Origin: Patescibacteria group bacterium
GTDB lineage: Bacteria; Patescibacteriota; Patescibacteriia; UBA2196
NCBI GenBank assembly: GCA_043817345.1
Contig: JBDRGZ010000068.1
Span: 1 to 39,105, forward strand
Length of the DNA: 39,105 bases
Direction: 5' to 3'
The notes below the pieces were generated by a model that saw only the letters and a program-made list of their open reading frames with translations, was not told the origin of the DNA and ran no database searches. Each line of letters begins with the position of its first letter. Within the stretch, counting starts at the first letter, position 1. Shown here piece after piece: positions 1 through 8,335 of the stretch. The position numbers were made by a program, and so were the translations under genes.

Positions 1-264
1 CAAGAACTATTAGCTAATATACGGAAACAAGTTGTTTATAGTATATATAAGGTTGGTGGTTTATCCTCCTCCGTTCCCCAAAGTTCTATTGACACCACGG
101 CGGATAAACTTCAGTTTGCAGGCAATACAAGTTCAACAATAAAGGGTTTGCCCGCCGAAGCAAGAGGGTCGCCAGTGGCGAAGGCGGGTAAAACCAAAGT
201 TGGTCGGAATGACCCATGTCCATGTGGTTCAAACAAAAAGTATAAGAAATGTTGCGGGGCTTAA
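1..264 (+). CDS. secA: Preprotein translocase SecA, C-terminal fragment (5' end lies outside window)
   Basis: Frame 1 is open from nt 1 to TAA 262-264. It ends [22 protein letters not shown], the SEC-C zinc-binding tail. It is absent from the ORF track because it has no start codon in the window. Confidence 0.85.
   Translation, partial: QELLANIRKQVVYSIYKVGGLSSSVPQSSIDTTADKLQFAGNTSSTIKGLPAEARGSPVAKAGKTKVGRNDPCPCGSNKKYKKCCGA
61..108. repeat. Family-B unit inside secA (in frame, 16 codons)
   Basis: TTATCCTCCTCCG...CGGCGGATAAA encodes [16 protein letters not shown]. The frame is the same as in the tpiA copy. Confidence 0.7.
148..190. repeat. CCCGCC-type GC palindrome inside secA (in frame)
   Basis: TTGCCCGCC GAAGCAAGAGGG TCGCC AGT GGCGA A GGCGGGTAA encodes [14 protein letters not shown]. 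Confidence 0.6.
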
Positions 265-265
265 T

Positions 266-421
266 ATGCAGAAAGTTAAAATCAAAAAATCAATAGAAAA
301 AATTAGTCATTTTCAATGTGGTAAGTGTAAAAAATGGTGGACTATTGGTGATGCTTCAGAAAAAAAGAAAAAATGGTTCTGTCCTTGGTGTGGATTGGAG
401 CAGGAAGTTGTGATAAAATAA
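266..421 (+). CDS. Small zinc-ribbon protein (hypothetical, 51 aa)
   Basis: ATG at 266, right after the secA stop. Sequence MQKVKIKKSIEKISHFQCGKCKKWW...FCPWCGLEQ has two CxxC pairs. The track's TTG start at 200 would overlap secA. Confidence 0.5.
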   Translation: MQKVKIKKSIEKISHFQCGKCKKWWTIGDASEKKKKWFCPWCGLEQEVVIK

Positions 422-443
422 AAATAGATAATTAAAAAATAAT

Positions 444-1016
444 ATGATTAAAAAAATAAAAATACCTGTAGAAGTATCTGCTAGACATATTCATTTATCT
501 CAAAAAGATTTAGATATATTGTTTGGTAAAAAATATTTTCTTAAAAAATTAAAAGATTTATCTCAAACAGGAGAATTTGCTACTAAAGAAAAAGTTTTTA
601 GTGTGAAGAATAAAAATTATTATTTTAGAATTATTGGCCCAGTTAGAAAAGAAAGCCAAATTGAATTATCATACACAGATAGTGTTAAATTAAATATTAA
701 TATAGATTTAAGATTATCAGGAGATTTAAAAAATATTAAAAACTTTATAGAAATTAAAGGGCCAAAAGGTAAGGTAAAGATAAAAGTAATTATAGCAAAA
801 CGACATTTACATTGTTCGACCGATGAAGCCAAAAAATTAAAGTTAAAAAATAACCAAAAAGCTAGTATTAAAATTATAGGCGAGAGAGGATTGGTTTTTG
901 AAAATATAATTGTCAGGGTGGGCGAAAAATATAATTTATCGTGTCACGTAGATACTGACGAAGCTAATGCTTGTGGATTAGGTAAAGTCTGTGGTACAGG
1001 TTTTTTAATTAAGTAA
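444..1016 (+). CDS. pduL: Phosphate acyltransferase PduL (phosphotransacetylase/propanoyltransferase type)
   Basis: Duplicated PduL signature: VSARHIHLSQKDLDILFG ... IIAKRHLHCSTDEAKKL ... HVDTDEANA. It lies immediately upstream of ackA. Confidence 0.85.
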   Translation: MIKKIKIPVEVSARHIHLSQKDLDILFGKKYFLKKLKDLSQTGEFATKEKVFSVKNKNYYFRIIGPVRKESQIELSYTDSVKLNINIDLRLSGDLKNIKNFIEIKGPKGKVKIKVIIAKRHLHCSTDEAKKLKLKNNQKASIKIIGERGLVFENIIVRVGEKYNLSCHVDTDEANACGLGKVCGTGFLIK

Positions 1017-1019
1017 TTT

Positions 1020-2060
1020 ATGCAGATTCTTGTTTTAAATTTAGGGTCAACTTCTTTTAAATTTGAGTTATTCAATTCAGAAACTTTAGAATCTCTACAA
1101 AAAGGAAATTTTGAAATAGAACAGATAGAAGAAGGAATACAGGAAGAAGTTAATAGAATTTTTAGAGAAGTTCTACGTAAAATTGGTGAAGTAGACAATA
1201 TTGAATCTGTTGGTCATAGGGTTGTGCATGGAGGAGAAAAATACACAGAAACCCTAAAGATTAATCAGGAAAATATTTCAGAGTTGGAAGAAATAAATTC
1301 TTTAGCTCCTTTACATAACCCTTTTAACTTGGCAGGTATTAAAAGTGTACAAGAGTATTTACCTGAAGTAGATAACTATGCAGTTTTTGACACTGCTTTA
1401 TATAAAAATCTTCCAGAACATTCAAAAGTTTATCCAATTCCATATGAATATTATGAACAAGGAATAAGAAAATTTGGTTTTCATGGTATTTCACATAAAT
1501 ATGCAGTAGAACAAGCTGCACAGAAGTTAAAAAAGGATTTAGATAAAATTAACCTAATATCAGTACATTTGGGTGGTGGTTGTTCAATTACTGCTTTTGA
1601 AAATGGTAAACCAATTGATACTTCAATGGGTTTTACGCCAATGCAGGGTTTAATGATGCAAACTAGAAGCGGTGATATAGATCCAGGAATAATTTTTAAA
1701 CTAATAGAACAAGAAGAAGATACAAAAATAGTTAAGGATGTTTTAAACAAAGAATCTGGTATAAAAGGTGTTTGTGGACTTAATAATTATCTAGACCTCC
1801 TAGAAGCTGTGAAAAACAAAGATGAAAAGGCTATTTTAGCTTTTAAGATGTATATATCAAGTATTCAAAAATATATTGGCGCTTATATAGCTATTTTAGG
1901 GCATGTAGATGTAATTGTCTTTACAGGTAAGATTGGTGCTGGTAAGATAGAAACACATAATGCAATTATGAAATCACAGTTATTTAAAGATATTAAGAGT
2001 ATAACTGTGGATCCATGGGAAGAATTAGCAATTGCAAAAGAGATAAAAGAAAATATTTAA
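1020..2060 (+). CDS. ackA: Acetate kinase
   Basis: N-terminus MQILVLNLGSTSFKFELF, then HRVVHGG, FGFHGISH and VHLGGGCSI motifs. At 346 aa it is somewhat short. Confidence 0.9.
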   Translation: MQILVLNLGSTSFKFELFNSETLESLQKGNFEIEQIEEGIQEEVNRIFREVLRKIGEVDNIESVGHRVVHGGEKYTETLKINQENISELEEINSLAPLHNPFNLAGIKSVQEYLPEVDNYAVFDTALYKNLPEHSKVYPIPYEYYEQGIRKFGFHGISHKYAVEQAAQKLKKDLDKINLISVHLGGGCSITAFENGKPIDTSMGFTPMQGLMMQTRSGDIDPGIIFKLIEQEEDTKIVKDVLNKESGIKGVCGLNNYLDLLEAVKNKDEKAILAFKMYISSIQKYIGAYIAILGHVDVIVFTGKIGAGKIETHNAIMKSQLFKDIKSITVDPWEELAIAKEIKENI

Positions 2061-2239
2061 ATAAATAGAAACTTTTCGTTTAAACACTGTTGGAGTTGAT
2101 AAGGATATTAACTATTTTTTATATAAAACAAAAGGTTTTATTTTAACAGGAGAGTTAAATAAAGAAGGCGAGGGGTTTATAAAAATTTTAAAAGCGAAAG
2201 ATAGGATAAAAATCAAAATACCCATTTTATTTATTTGCG

Positions 2240-2271
2240 AGACAACTTATTGAGTCGTCTTAATTTTTTTT
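2240..2271 (+). terminator. Candidate intrinsic terminator after ackA
   Basis: Stem AGACAACT/AGTCGTCT (one mismatch), loop TATTG, followed by TAATTTTTTTT. Confidence 0.5.
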
Positions 2272-2298
2272 GCCAAAAAATCCATAAAAAGATATAAT
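2270..2298 (+). promoter_or_regulatory. Sigma-70-like promoter for the oxidoreductase genes
   Basis: TTGCCA (2270-2275), 17-nt spacer, TATAAT (2293-2298), 34 nt upstream of ATG 2332. Confidence 0.55.
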
Positions 2299-2331
2299 AT
2301 ATATACAAATAAACTAAAACAAAATAAGAAT

Positions 2332-4053
2332 ATGAAAAAATTATCAATAAAAATAGTTGGACCAGCTGGGTTTGGTATTAAGGTTACAGGTATAACAATA
2401 GCTAAGGTATTTATGCGTTTAGGTTTAAATGTTTTTGCATATACAGAATACCCATCTTTAATTCGTGGAGGGCATAATACATATCAAATTGATCTATCTA
2501 AGGATAAGGTTCATTCTTCAAACCAGAAGTGTAATATTTTAATTGCTTTAACAAAAGAAGCTATTCAAAAAGAAAAAGAAAATATTGAACTAGGAGGTAT
2601 TGTTATCTGTGATAAATCAATTATTAATGAAGAAGATTTAAACCTAAGATCTATAAAAACCATAAAAGCTCCTTTGATAGAAAGTGCTAAATTTGCTGGA
2701 TCAGAGTTAATGAAAAATACAGTTGCTCTTGGAGTTTTGTTATCCCTTCTTGATCTATCTATTAAGAATTTAAATAATGTTTTAGCAGATATTTTTGCTA
2801 GTAAAAAAGAAGTGATTAAAGATAATAAAGTAGCGGCAAAAACAGGATATGATTGGATGGAACAATTTAAAAAGAAAGAGAATAGTGATTTTGATAAGTT
2901 AAGTAAAATAGTTTCTGTTTCTAAAAAAGGAAGTAATAATGTATTAATGACTGGTAATCAAGCTTGTGCAATGTCTGTGATAGCTTCTCAATGCCAAATG
3001 TATGTAGCTTATCCAATGACTCCTTCAACAGACATTTTACATATTCTTGAAGCTGAACAAAAAGAAACAGGAATGTTGATTCATCAACCAGAAGATGAGA
3101 TTTCTGGAATTCATGTAGCTTTAGGTTCTTCTTTTACAGGAGCTCGTTCAGCAGTAGGAACTTCTGGTGGAGGATTTGCTTTAATGAATGAGGGTTTTTC
3201 TTTAGCTGGGATGACAGAAACTCCTTTAGTTGTTTTTGAGGTTATGAGACCTGCTCCAGCTACAGGTAACCCTACTTGGTCAGATCAAGGTGATTTAGGA
3301 TATGTTGTTAATGCAGGACACGGTGAGTTTGCTAAAATTGTAATAACACCAGGAACACCAGAACAATCTTTTAATTTAGTACAGCATGCTTTTAATTTAG
3401 CAGATAAATATCAAACCCCTGTAGTAATATTATCAGACAAACATTTAGGAGAGTCTAGCTTTACAGTTAGTAAAGAGGTGTTTAATGAAGTAGATAAAAT
3501 AGATAGAGGAAAGATTGTAAAATCTGTTAAACAAGCACAAGAAATATTTATGCGTTACAAAGTAGAAAAAGATGGAATTTCAGCAAGAACAATTCCTGGA
3601 ATACAAAATGGAGAACATATTGCTAATTCAGATGAACATGACGAATATGGATATTCAGATGAATCAAGCAAAGTTAGAATCCAACAAATGGACAAAAGAA
3701 TGAAAAAATTAGATGAGATTAAAAAAGATATTCCTTTACCAAAAGTTTATGGTCCAAAAATTGCTTCAAAAACATTAGTTTGTTGGGGATCTAGTTTTGG
3801 AGCATGTAAGGACACTGTTGATAATAATAAGGATATTAATTTAATAAATTTTGAATATGTTTATCCAATGCCAAATAATTTAGATAAATTTTTAAAGAAA
3901 TTTAGGAAATTAATTTTAGTTGAACAAAATAAGACAGGACAGTTAGGAAAACTAATTAGACAAGAAACAGGTATTCAAATTAAAGATAAAATATTAAAAT
4001 ATGATTCAAGGCCTTTTTGGAGTGATGAGGTTTTGTCTTTATTGTCATCCTGA
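2332..4053 (+). CDS. 2-oxoacid:ferredoxin oxidoreductase, fused gamma-alpha subunit
   Basis: The N-terminal gamma-like domain has GPAGFGIKVTG...GGHNTYQI. The alpha domain has GNQACAMSVIASQCQMYVAYPMTPSTDIL and GTSGGGFALM. The stop codon TGA (4051-4053) lies inside repeat element 4043-4206. Confidence 0.85.
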   Translation: MKKLSIKIVGPAGFGIKVTGITIAKVFMRLGLNVFAYTEYPSLIRGGHNTYQIDLSKDKVHSSNQKCNILIALTKEAIQKEKENIELGGIVICDKSIINEEDLNLRSIKTIKAPLIESAKFAGSELMKNTVALGVLLSLLDLSIKNLNNVLADIFASKKEVIKDNKVAAKTGYDWMEQFKKKENSDFDKLSKIVSVSKKGSNNVLMTGNQACAMSVIASQCQMYVAYPMTPSTDILHILEAEQKETGMLIHQPEDEISGIHVALGSSFTGARSAVGTSGGGFALMNEGFSLAGMTETPLVVFEVMRPAPATGNPTWSDQGDLGYVVNAGHGEFAKIVITPGTPEQSFNLVQHAFNLADKYQTPVVILSDKHLGESSFTVSKEVFNEVDKIDRGKIVKSVKQAQEIFMRYKVEKDGISARTIPGIQNGEHIANSDEHDEYGYSDESSKVRIQQMDKRMKKLDEIKKDIPLPKVYGPKIASKTLVCWGSSFGACKDTVDNNKDINLINFEYVYPMPNNLDKFLKKFRKLILVEQNKTGQLGKLIRQETGIQIKDKILKYDSRPFWSDEVLSLLSS

Positions 4054-4206
4054 GCGACTTTTAAGGTTGTTAGGAGCCGAAGGATCTCATGTACACATTT
4101 TTCTAAATAGAATAATGAAACATAACTAGTATATTTTAATTCTTCTACACTTTAAAAATAAAAATTAAACAGATTCTTCTCCCGCTATCGCGGGATCAGA
4201 ATGACA
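4043..4206. repeat. Family-A composite palindromic element (two hairpin arms plus spacer)
   Basis: Left arm: TGTCATCCTGAGCGACTTTTAAGGTTGTTAGGAGCCGAAGGATCT. Right arm: CAGATTCTTCTCCCGCTATCGCGGGATCAGAATGACA. The termini are inverted (TGTCATCCTGA / TCAGAATGACA). Confidence 0.8.
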
Positions 4207-4213
4207 TTTATTT

Positions 4214-5059
4214 ATGAATATAAAACCACAAGATTACAATACTTCATATAAACCAACATGGTGTCCATGTTGTGGAGATTTTGGGATATGGACAGCTATT
4301 AAAAATGCATTATCTGAATTAGATATTGCACCGCATAATGTTGTCATAACATATGACATTGGGTGTATAGGCAACATGGCTAGCGCAGTTAAATGCTATG
4401 GTTTCCATTCTTTGCATGGCAGGGCTTTACCAGTAGCCGTTGGAGCTAAATTAGCTAATCCTAAGTTAACTGTATTATCAATAGTTGGCGATGGAGGTAT
4501 GTATGGAGAAGGCACAAATCATTTAATTCATTCTGCAAGATACAATGTGGATGTGAATTTAATTGTAGCTAACAATCATAGTTTTAGTTTAACTACTGGT
4601 CAATCATCTCCAACATCTGAAAAAGGTTATGTAACCAAAACTACACCTTGGGGGGAAATTAAAAAACCAATTAATCCAATTGCTTTATCATTATCATCAG
4701 GTTCAAGTTTTGTAGCTCGAGCAGTAGCTTTTAATATTAAACATATGACTGAAATGATTAAGCAAGCCATTGAACATAAAGGTTTTTCACATGTAGATGT
4801 ATTACAGCAGTGTCTTACTTTTAATAAAGTAAATACAGTTGAATGGATGAAAGATAAGGTGTATGAGTTAGAAAAACCTATTAGTAGTCTAGAAACAGCT
4901 TTAAATAAAGCTTTAGAGCAAGATAAATTACCAATAGGCATATTTTACAAAGAAGATAAAAAGAGCTATAGTGAAGAACTAGATTTTAGTGCTAATGTCT
5001 GTGCTGTTGAGCAGACTATTAAATTTGATAAGAATAGTCTTTTAAGTGAGTATGTCTAA
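4214..5059 (+). CDS. 2-oxoacid:ferredoxin oxidoreductase, beta (TPP-binding) subunit
   Basis: WCPCCGDFGI, GCIGN and the GDGG..GEG thiamine-PP motif. Confidence 0.85.
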   Translation: MNIKPQDYNTSYKPTWCPCCGDFGIWTAIKNALSELDIAPHNVVITYDIGCIGNMASAVKCYGFHSLHGRALPVAVGAKLANPKLTVLSIVGDGGMYGEGTNHLIHSARYNVDVNLIVANNHSFSLTTGQSSPTSEKGYVTKTTPWGEIKKPINPIALSLSSGSSFVARAVAFNIKHMTEMIKQAIEHKGFSHVDVLQQCLTFNKVNTVEWMKDKVYELEKPISSLETALNKALEQDKLPIGIFYKEDKKSYSEELDFSANVCAVEQTIKFDKNSLLSEYV

Positions 5060-6800
5060 AAGGTGGTTATTAAAACCTAAATATCCGCAAGAATTTGCAG
5101 AAAAATTACCGGGCTATAATCCGGTAATTTTGCAATTACTTTATGATCGTGGTTTAGACACACATAAAAAAGTAGATGAGTTTTTAAATCCTGACTATAC
5201 TCAAGACATTTATGATCCTTTTTTGTTTAATGAAATGCAGAAAGCTGTTGATAGAATCAACAAAGCAGTTAAGAATGATGAAAAGATTTTAGTTTACGGA
5301 GACTATGATGCTGATGGTGTTACTTCTACTACACTTTTAGTAAAAACATTAGAAAAAATTAATGCAAAAAATATTGAAATACATATTCCGCATAGGCATT
5401 TGGATGGTTATGGAATGAATAAACAGGCGGTTCAAAACTTTGTTGATAATGGTATAAAATTAGTTATTACTGTTGATTGTGGAATAACAAATATTGAACA
5501 GATAGAATTATTAAAACAAAATAATATTGACACAATTGTTACAGATCACCATTTACAAGCAAAAGAATTACCAGATGCTTTTGCAATTATTAATCCATCA
5601 GTAGAAACAGAAAAATATCCTTTTAAAAAATTAGCTGGAGTAGGGGTTGCTTTTAAATTAGCTCAAGCTCTTTTTAAATCACAGAATGATTCAGAAGATT
5701 ACGAAGCTTTTGAAAAATGGCTTTTAGATGTAGTTACAATTGGGACGATTGGTGATGTAGCTCCCATTTTAGGTGAAAACAGAACTTTGGTTAAATATGG
5801 TTTAATGGTTTTAAATAAAACACCACGCAAAGGTCTAAGAGAATTAATTAGAGTTAGTTCTTTGTCTAATGGGCATGATCCAAGTCAGGAAATTCCTTTA
5901 GGTGAAGATATTTATGAATTAAATGTTAGAAATGTAGCTTGGCAGATTGTGCCACGCATAAATGCAGCTGGTAGAATAGATCATGCCAATTTAGCATACA
6001 CTTTATTAACCACAGAAGATGAAATGGAGGCAGTTGCTTTAGCACAAGATATACATCAAAAAAATTTAGAACGACAGAAAATAGCTGAAACTATGTTAAC
6101 TGAGGCAGAAGAATTAATTGGTAAAGTAACAGATGAAGATAAAATTTTAATTATTGCTAAAGAAGGCTGGCTAGAAGGTATAGTTGGTTTAGTTGCAGGG
6201 AAATTAAAAGATAGATATAACAGACCAATAATATTATTAAATAAAGATGGAGAAAACTATTCTGGTTCAGGTAGAAGTATTTCAGAATTTAATATTACAG
6301 AGGCTTTACAAGAATGTAGTGAATTGCTAGACAGATTTGGTGGACATGCTCAAGCCTGTGGTTTAGGTTTAACTGGAGAAAAGAATTTTAACGGGCTTAA
6401 GGATAAAATTAAATCAATTGCTAATGAAAAGTTAAAAGGTATTGAACTTGTACCAACAATAGAAATTGATGTAGAATTAAAAATGGAGGATTTAAATTGG
6501 GATCTTTGGGATGAAATAGAAAAATTTGAGCCTTTTGCAGAAGCTAACCCATTACCTTTATTTTTAATTAAAAATGTTAAGATAGAAGAAATGGATATAA
6601 TTGGAAAAAATAATAATACATTAAGATTTCAATTGTCTCAGAATAATGAAAAACAAAAAGCAATATCTTTTGGAAAAGTAGAGGAGTGGGGTGATAAAAT
6701 TAAGGTAGGGGATAATATAGATGTTGTTGTCGAGTTTGGTGTGAATGAATGGAATGGAAATAGGGAATTACAATTTAAAATTATTGATTGGAAGAAGTAG
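5046..6800 (+). CDS. recJ: Single-stranded-DNA-specific exonuclease RecJ
   Basis: DHH family motifs: YGDYDADGVTS, VDCGI, VTDHH, GGHAQACG. Confidence 0.9.
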   Translation: MSMSKRWLLKPKYPQEFAEKLPGYNPVILQLLYDRGLDTHKKVDEFLNPDYTQDIYDPFLFNEMQKAVDRINKAVKNDEKILVYGDYDADGVTSTTLLVKTLEKINAKNIEIHIPHRHLDGYGMNKQAVQNFVDNGIKLVITVDCGITNIEQIELLKQNNIDTIVTDHHLQAKELPDAFAIINPSVETEKYPFKKLAGVGVAFKLAQALFKSQNDSEDYEAFEKWLLDVVTIGTIGDVAPILGENRTLVKYGLMVLNKTPRKGLRELIRVSSLSNGHDPSQEIPLGEDIYELNVRNVAWQIVPRINAAGRIDHANLAYTLLTTEDEMEAVALAQDIHQKNLERQKIAETMLTEAEELIGKVTDEDKILIIAKEGWLEGIVGLVAGKLKDRYNRPIILLNKDGENYSGSGRSISEFNITEALQECSELLDRFGGHAQACGLGLTGEKNFNGLKDKIKSIANEKLKGIELVPTIEIDVELKMEDLNWDLWDEIEKFEPFAEANPLPLFLIKNVKIEEMDIIGKNNNTLRFQLSQNNEKQKAISFGKVEEWGDKIKVGDNIDVVVEFGVNEWNGNRELQFKIIDWKK

Positions 6801-6903
6801 TCATCCTGAGGAGGAGTCCCGATAGGGTGACGACGAAGGATCTGTTATAAAAATTACACAGATTCTTCGCTTTTAGTGACTATAAAAGTCGCTCAGAATG
6901 ACA
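6799..6903. repeat. Family-A composite palindromic element
   Basis: (A)GTCATCCTGAGGAGGAGTCCCGATAGGGTGACGACGAAGGATCTG, 14-nt spacer, then CAGATTCTTCGCTTTTAGTGACTATAAAAGTCGCTCAGAATGACA. It fills the recJ-rnhA gap. Confidence 0.85.
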
Positions 6904-6905
6904 TT

Positions 6906-7310
6906 ATGATAGAAAAAGTAATAATATATACAGATGGTGGTGCGCGTGGCAATCCTGGTCCTGCAGGTATTGGTGCTGTAATTTTTAATGAAAAAAAAGA
7001 TATTGTAGGACAATACAAAAAATATATTGGTGAAACCACAAATAATCAGGCTGAATATAGGGCAGTAGTGTTAGGTTTGGAAAAAGCTAAAGAATTACAA
7101 GCAGAAGAAGTTGAAGTTAATTTAGATTCAGAATTGGTGTGTTCTCAAATTAATGGGGTATATAAGCTAAAAAATAAAGACTTTCAGGATAGCTTTATTA
7201 AAATCTATAACCTAAAACAGTCATTTAAAAAAATAAAATTTAAACATATTCCTAGAGAAAAGAACAAATTAGCTGATAGTTTAGCAAATCAAGCCATGGA
7301 TGCTACTTGA
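6906..7310 (+). CDS. rnhA: Ribonuclease HI
   Basis: MIEKVIIYTDGGARGNPGPAGIGAVI...NNQAEYRAV...DSELV...REKNKLADSLAN. Start moved to ATG 6906, because track residues 1-10 (MTIKVAQNDI) are encoded by the repeat. Confidence 0.85.
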   Translation: MIEKVIIYTDGGARGNPGPAGIGAVIFNEKKDIVGQYKKYIGETTNNQAEYRAVVLGLEKAKELQAEEVEVNLDSELVCSQINGVYKLKNKDFQDSFIKIYNLKQSFKKIKFKHIPREKNKLADSLANQAMDAT

Positions 7311-7448
7311 TCCTCCTTCGCTCACTAACGAATATTTATTGCTATGGCGGACAAGCATATTATTCTTTTTAAATAAAATTTTATTTAAAAAGTATTTAAA
7401 ATTTATCCGCCGTAGTCCAATAGGGTTTTAAGGGCGAAGGAGGATAAA
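7308..7448. repeat. Family-B units in inverted orientation flanking a perfect AT palindrome
   Basis: 7308-7355: TGATCCTCCTTCGC...ATGGCGGACAAG. 7365-7392: perfect 14+14 palindrome CTTTTTAAATAAAA/TTTTATTTAAAAAG. 7402-7448: TTTATCCGCCG...GGCGAAGGAGGATAAA. ATCCTCCTTCGC and GCGAAGGAGGAT are exact reverse complements. Confidence 0.8.
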
Positions 7449-7453
7449 CATAA

Positions 7454-7480
7454 TTAGCACTCTTGACACGAGAGTGCTAA
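7454..7480. promoter_or_regulatory. CIRCE operator (HrcA binding site)
   Basis: TTAGCACTC-N9-GAGTGCTAA is a perfect match to the CIRCE consensus, upstream of hrcA. Confidence 0.92.
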
Positions 7481-7492
7481 TTTTTGTATAAT
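7463..7492 (+). promoter_or_regulatory. Promoter of the hrcA-grpE operon, overlapping CIRCE
   Basis: TTGACA (7463-7468) sits in the CIRCE spacer. After an 18-nt spacer comes the extended -10 TGTATAAT (7485-7492). Confidence 0.65.
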
Positions 7493-7610
7493 TATATTAC
7501 CAAATAAATTTTAATGTATTTTTAGCTAATTTTAGCTAATATATATTAAAAATTATTTTAATTAAAATTGTGGATAAGTTAAGTTAAATAAAATTTTGTT
7601 TTATTTTACC

Positions 7611-7651
7611 GGATCCCTCGACTACTAGCAGCCATAGAGGTCACTCAGGAC
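7611..7651 (-). repeat. Family-A-like single arm (variant)
   Basis: The reverse complement reads GTCCTGAGTGACC...TCGAGGGATCC. It lies 7 nt upstream of the hrcA ATG. Confidence 0.55.
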
Positions 7652-7657
7652 AAGCTT

Positions 7658-8335
7658 ATGAACGAAAGACAAAGTCAATTATTTAAAAATATTGTTGAAG
7701 AATATATCCAAACAGCACAGCCAGTAGGGTCAAAATTGGTAGTGGAAAAATTTAATTTAAATGTCTCGCCAGCTACAGTTCGTAATGATATGGCTGAATT
7801 AGAGAGATACAACCTGATAATCTCCCCTCATACTTCAGCTGGAAGGATACCAACAGAGCATGGATATATAAAATACGTGGAAGAATATATAGAATTAGAT
7901 AAAGAATTATCAAAAGAAGAAGGTGAGGAAGTAAAAAAATTAAGAAATATAGAGGTTGAAGATATTGAGACTAAAATAAAGGAATTAGCCAAAGCCATGG
8001 CTGAAAGAACAAGCTTGGGTGTATTTGTAGGTTTTGCTAGAAATAATGTATATTATACTGGTTTATCAAATATATTTTCACAACCAGAATTTCAAAACTT
8101 AAATTTAATTCAAAACATATCTACAGTTATTGATCATTTAGATGATGTAATGGGAGAGATATATGATTCAATCACTAAAACAGAAGTTAAAATCGGTAGT
8201 AGTAATCCATTTTCAAATGATTGTTCCGTAGTTATTACTAAGGTTAAAGATTTTTTGATAGGAATTATGGGACCAATGAGGATGGATTATCAGAATAATC
8301 TTAATTTATTAAATTTTATTAAAAATATTTTATGA
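7658..8335 (+). CDS. hrcA: Heat-inducible transcription repressor HrcA (short form)
   Basis: The N-terminal winged helix has QPVGSK...VSPATVRNDMAELE...PHTSAGRIPT. A CIRCE operator lies upstream and its stop overlaps the grpE start in ATGA. Confidence 0.85.
   Translation: MNERQSQLFKNIVEEYIQTAQPVGSKLVVEKFNLNVSPATVRNDMAELERYNLIISPHTSAGRIPTEHGYIKYVEEYIELDKELSKEEGEEVKKLRNIEVEDIETKIKELAKAMAERTSLGVFVGFARNNVYYTGLSNIFSQPEFQNLNLIQNISTVIDHLDDVMGEIYDSITKTEVKIGSSNPFSNDCSVVITKVKDFLIGIMGPMRMDYQNNLNLLNFIKNIL

Noticed and set aside
205-216. CGGAATGACCC in secA resembling the family-A right terminus (CAGAATGAC)
   Set aside because: It encodes the conserved [10 protein letters not shown] zinc motif. There is no partner arm or hairpin, so the resemblance is coincidental.
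200-265. The TTG start at 200 extends the small zinc-ribbon ORF back into secA
   Set aside because: That segment is the out-of-frame translation of the conserved SecA SEC-C tail. ATG 266, right after the secA stop, is the sensible start.
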